Shown in pieces: positions 60,954 through 64,000 of a DNA stretch of 64,000 nt (positions within the stretch are counted from its first letter, which is position 1; each line of letters opens with the position of its first letter). The notes under the pieces were generated by a model, which made no database searches, was not told the DNA's origin, and worked only from the letters and a program-made list of their open reading frames with translations. Source of the DNA: an uncultured Chloroflexia bacterium (GTDB lineage Bacteria > Chloroflexota > Dehalococcoidia > DSTF01 > JALHUB01). The position numbers and the translations under genes were made by a program. The stretch spans positions 96,001-160,000 of the forward strand of contig CAVSBT010000030.1 in the NCBI GenBank assembly GCA_963726245.1, written 5' to 3'.

Positions 60954-61982
60954 CTAGACCCGGGCCGCACAGACGCTGCGAACCCGCTCCACCGCCCTCT
61001 CGATGTCCTCACGGCTGACGTCGCTGTGGGTCACCATGCGGATGCGGTGCGGCCCGAAGGGGACCGCCAGCACGCCCGCCTCCTTGAGGGCAGCCAGGAA
61101 GTCCGGTGGCTCCCAACCCTCCAGCTCCATTGCCACGATGTTCGTCTGCACTGACGCCGCGTCGAGGCTGATGCCCGGCAGGGCCGACAGCCCCTCGGCC
61201 AGGAGACGGGCGTTCTCGTGGTCCTGGGCCAGTCGCTCAACCATCGTCTCCAGGGCGACGATGCCGGCGGCGGCGATGACCCCCACCTGACGCATGCCGC
61301 CTCCAACCATGCGCCGCATCTGCCGCGCCCTGGCGATGAAGTCGGCGCTGCCGTTGAGGATAGACCCCACCGGCGCCGAAAGCCCCTTCGAGAAGCAGAA
61401 GGTGACGGAATCGACAGGGGCGGCAAGCTCGGCGGCGGGCACGCCCAGCGCGACGGCGGCGTTGAAGATGCGCGCCCCGTCGAGGTGGACCCGCGCCCCA
61501 TGCGAGCGGGCCACGTCGGCGACCGCGGCCGTCTCGCCGGCAGTGAGGGCGGCGCCGCCGCAGCGGTTGTGGGTGTTCTCCAGGCAGACCAGGGTCGCGG
61601 GCGAGCCGGGCGCTTCCAGCGCCTTCTTCACCAGCGCCGGGTCCATGCCGCCGCGCTCATCGTTGGGGATGGCCACCAGCTCTACGCCGGCCAGCCGGCG
61701 TTCGCCGTCGCCCTCGTAGTAGTAGATGTGGGCCTCATCGCCGACCACCACGCGGTCGCCTCGCTGCGTCTGGGTGAGGACGGCCACCAGGTTGCCCATC
61801 GTACCGCTCGCCACGAAGAGAGCGGCCTCCTTGCCCATGGCGTCGGCGGCCATGCGCTCGAGTCGCCTGACGGTGGGGTCCTCCGAGTAGACGTCATCGC
61901 CCACCTCGGCCTCAGACATGGCCCGGCGCATAGCCGCGGTCGGGCGGGTGATCGTGTCGCTGCGCAGGTCTATCACATCCAT
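60954..61982 (-). CDS. ltaE: low-specificity L-threonine aldolase
   Basis: DLRSDT, SGTMGN, ENTHN, HLDGAR, SKGL. Confidence 0.94.
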   Translation of the reverse strand: MDVIDLRSDTITRPTAAMRRAMSEAEVGDDVYSEDPTVRRLERMAADAMGKEAALFVASGTMGNLVAVLTQTQRGDRVVVGDEAHIYYYEGDGERRLAGVELVAIPNDERGGMDPALVKKALEAPGSPATLVCLENTHNRCGGAALTAGETAAVADVARSHGARVHLDGARIFNAAVALGVPAAELAAPVDSVTFCFSKGLSAPVGSILNGSADFIARARQMRRMVGGGMRQVGVIAAAGIVALETMVERLAQDHENARLLAEGLSALPGISLDAASVQTNIVAMELEGWEPPDFLAALKEAGVLAVPFGPHRIRMVTHSDVSREDIERAVERVRSVCAARV

Positions 61983-62090
61983 CTATGGTGCCAAGCGGCA
62001 AGGATCTCCTGGTCGAAGGGTCACATTCAGTATAGGCAGGTGGTATCGCCCCCGGCAATTGGGGAATTGGCGCAGCGATGGCACCGCCGC

Positions 62091-62118
62091 GTAGGGGCGC
62101 AGCATGCTGCGCCCCTAC
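62091..62118. repeat. GTAG-type REP palindrome
   Basis: GTAGGGGCGCAGCATGCTGCGCCCCTAC perfect palindrome. Confidence 0.75.
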
Positions 62119-62221
62119 CACCCGGTCCATGCTTCGGAAGATAGACAACCGCAAGCCCAGCACACGTACACGACGGCCCCCTTGAGGGGGGCCGTCGATG
62201 GCTATGAGCACGCTGCGCTGG

Positions 62222-64000
62222 CTAAAGCAGCGGGTGCTCGTCGCGGGCCTTGAGGCGGCGCCAGCGCCTCTCCACCTCTTCCTCGAACTCGTGCAGGAGG
62301 CCGGCGTTCTCCGGGCGCAGCATGTGACGCGTCTTGCCCATCATCCCCAGCCACTCGCTCACCGGGACCCGCTTCTTCCGACCCTCGGGGTCGTAGGTGA
62401 TGTGGGTGATGCCCGTGCTCGATCTCGTACAGGGGGAAGAAGCAGCTAGTCGACGGCGGCCTGCACGACTGCGCTGCCCCATTCGCTCCTCGCTGCGCCA
62501 GTTCAACGGGCAGGCGATGAGGAGCTTGCCGTAGACCATGCCCTCGTTGCGGGCGTACCACTGGGCCTTGGCCGCCTTCTCCACCAGGTCGTCGGCCCAG
62601 GCTCTCGATGCCGGTGAAGACGTAGGGGATGTTGGCTGGCGGCCATGATCTGGGCCGTGTCCTTGTGGTGGAAGCGCTTGCCCTGCTCGGCGGGCCGACG
62701 TGGCTGGTGGTGCGTGGCGTGGCCCAGCGGCGTCGAGTAGCTGAGCTGCGCGCCGGTGTTCATGTAGCCCTGGTTGTCGTACTCGAGGATGATGAGGGGT
62801 GGTTGCGCAGCGCGGCGCCGATGGCCGGCCCCATGCCGATGTCCATGCCGCCGTCGCCGGTGACCATCACGAAGGTGATGTCGTCCACGTCCGGCAGCTC
62901 GCCGCGGCGACGCCGCTCGTCGGTACATCTCGACCAGGCCCGAGAGGGTGGCGGCGCCGTTCTGGAACAGGTTGTGGACGTAGGTCACCCGGTGGGCGCT
63001 GATAGGGGTAGCCGGTGGTCACGACCATCGCCGCAGCCGGTCTGGTAGAGGACGACGACGTCGCCCTCGATGCCCCGCATGAACTGCTCGACGGCGGAGA
63101 AGATGCCGCAGCCCGGGCAGGCGCCGTGGCCCGGGGCGATGCGCTTGGGCCGGCGGTCAGCTCAGCGAGGATTGGGAGCCTTCACCTTCAGCTTGCCGGT
63201 GGCCTCGTCCCGCTCCACCTGCACGAGGTCTGGTAGACGTCCTCCTTCTCCAGCGGCGGCAAGTACGGGTACACGCCGGCGCCCGCCTCCGTGCCCCGGC
63301 GTGGCGCCGTGGTAGTCATACGGGACGGCGACGACGCCCGTGCGCGCCGTCTCCAGCGCCTCGTTGAAGAGGGCCTCCGCGTCCTCGAAGCGGAAGTCCT
63401 TGCCGCCCAGGCCGTAGATACGGTCCAGGCAGAGGGTGCGGTTCTCGGGGTCGTCCTTGAGCGCCGCCTTCACCTCGATGCTGAGGTTGCCTCCCTGGCC
63501 GCTGTAGGAGTCGGCTCGGTCGCCGATGAGGACGACCTTCACGTTGCGCAGGGCCTCGCGGAAGCCATCGGCCGGGAAGGGCCGCAGGACGTTGGGGCTC
63601 ACCACACCCACCGGCAGCCCCTTCTCGCGCAGGCTGTCCGCCGCGTCCTTGGCGGTCTCGGCGGCGGAGTTGAGCAGTACCAGCGCCACCTCGGCGTCCT
63701 CCATGCGGTAGTTGTCGACCAGGGGGTAGTGGCGGCCGCTCAGCTCGGCGTACTCGGCGAAGACGGCCGGCAGCTCCCGCATGGCGGCGTCCATGGCCAG
63801 CTTGAGCTGGTACTTGTTGTTGATGAGGTCCGGGTCGTTCATGTACGGCCCGATGGTGACCGGGTGCCGCGGGTCCAGCGCGTGGATGGGCGTCTTCGCT
63901 GGACCCACGAAGCGACGCACCACCTCATCGTCCTTGAAGTGCTCGACCCGCCGCTTCTGGTGGCTGGTGAAGAAGCCGTCGTACGCCACGATGACCGGCA
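62222..64000 (-). CDS. fused alpha/beta 2-oxoacid:ferredoxin oxidoreductase (partial, many frameshifts)
   Basis: DGFFTSH, RPFP, YGLGG alpha part; APGHGACPGCG, GDGG, YDNQGYMNTG TPP-binding beta part. Confidence 0.82.

Overview
High-GC bacterial chromosome segment, most likely Chloroflexota/Dehalococcoidia. This is an inference from the GAAC-N4-GTTC SOS box, the pan RNA motif, a VGG...WYARRR C-terminal tail and the gene content. Scattered single-base indels in housekeeping genes (polA, panB, kdpA/B, dnaE2, ruvC, mutM) point to long-read consensus errors. About 1-17 kb is accessory and looks like an extracellular-matrix island. It holds a possible Agd3-like secreted protein, a NarL-type regulator, two inverted GH114 paralogs around a PelA-like hydrolase, a c-di-GMP-I riboswitch, and a five-gene operon with three 'AFESH' signal-peptide paralogs plus a SipW-type signal peptidase (a candidate new TasA-like fibre system). 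A duplicated ~155-bp promoter/structured-leader element with a dif-like palindrome heads both minus-strand operons, and each copy abuts an IS remnant. Phage-like remnants follow. The rest is mostly core: satP, a GT-C glycosyltransferase, five tRNAs, a lower-GC glycerol-3-phosphate dehydrogenase-like operon beside an integrase relic at tRNA-Trp, gltX, rluD, lspA, an MFS transporter, a kdp cluster with split KdpD, a LexA-boxed imuB-dnaE2 cassette, uvrB, a GGDEF gene, ruvAC, yebC, a MITE-like cassette carrying a PAS gene, panDBC, mutM, alkD, polA, ltaE and a fused 2-oxoacid:ferredoxin oxidoreductase.
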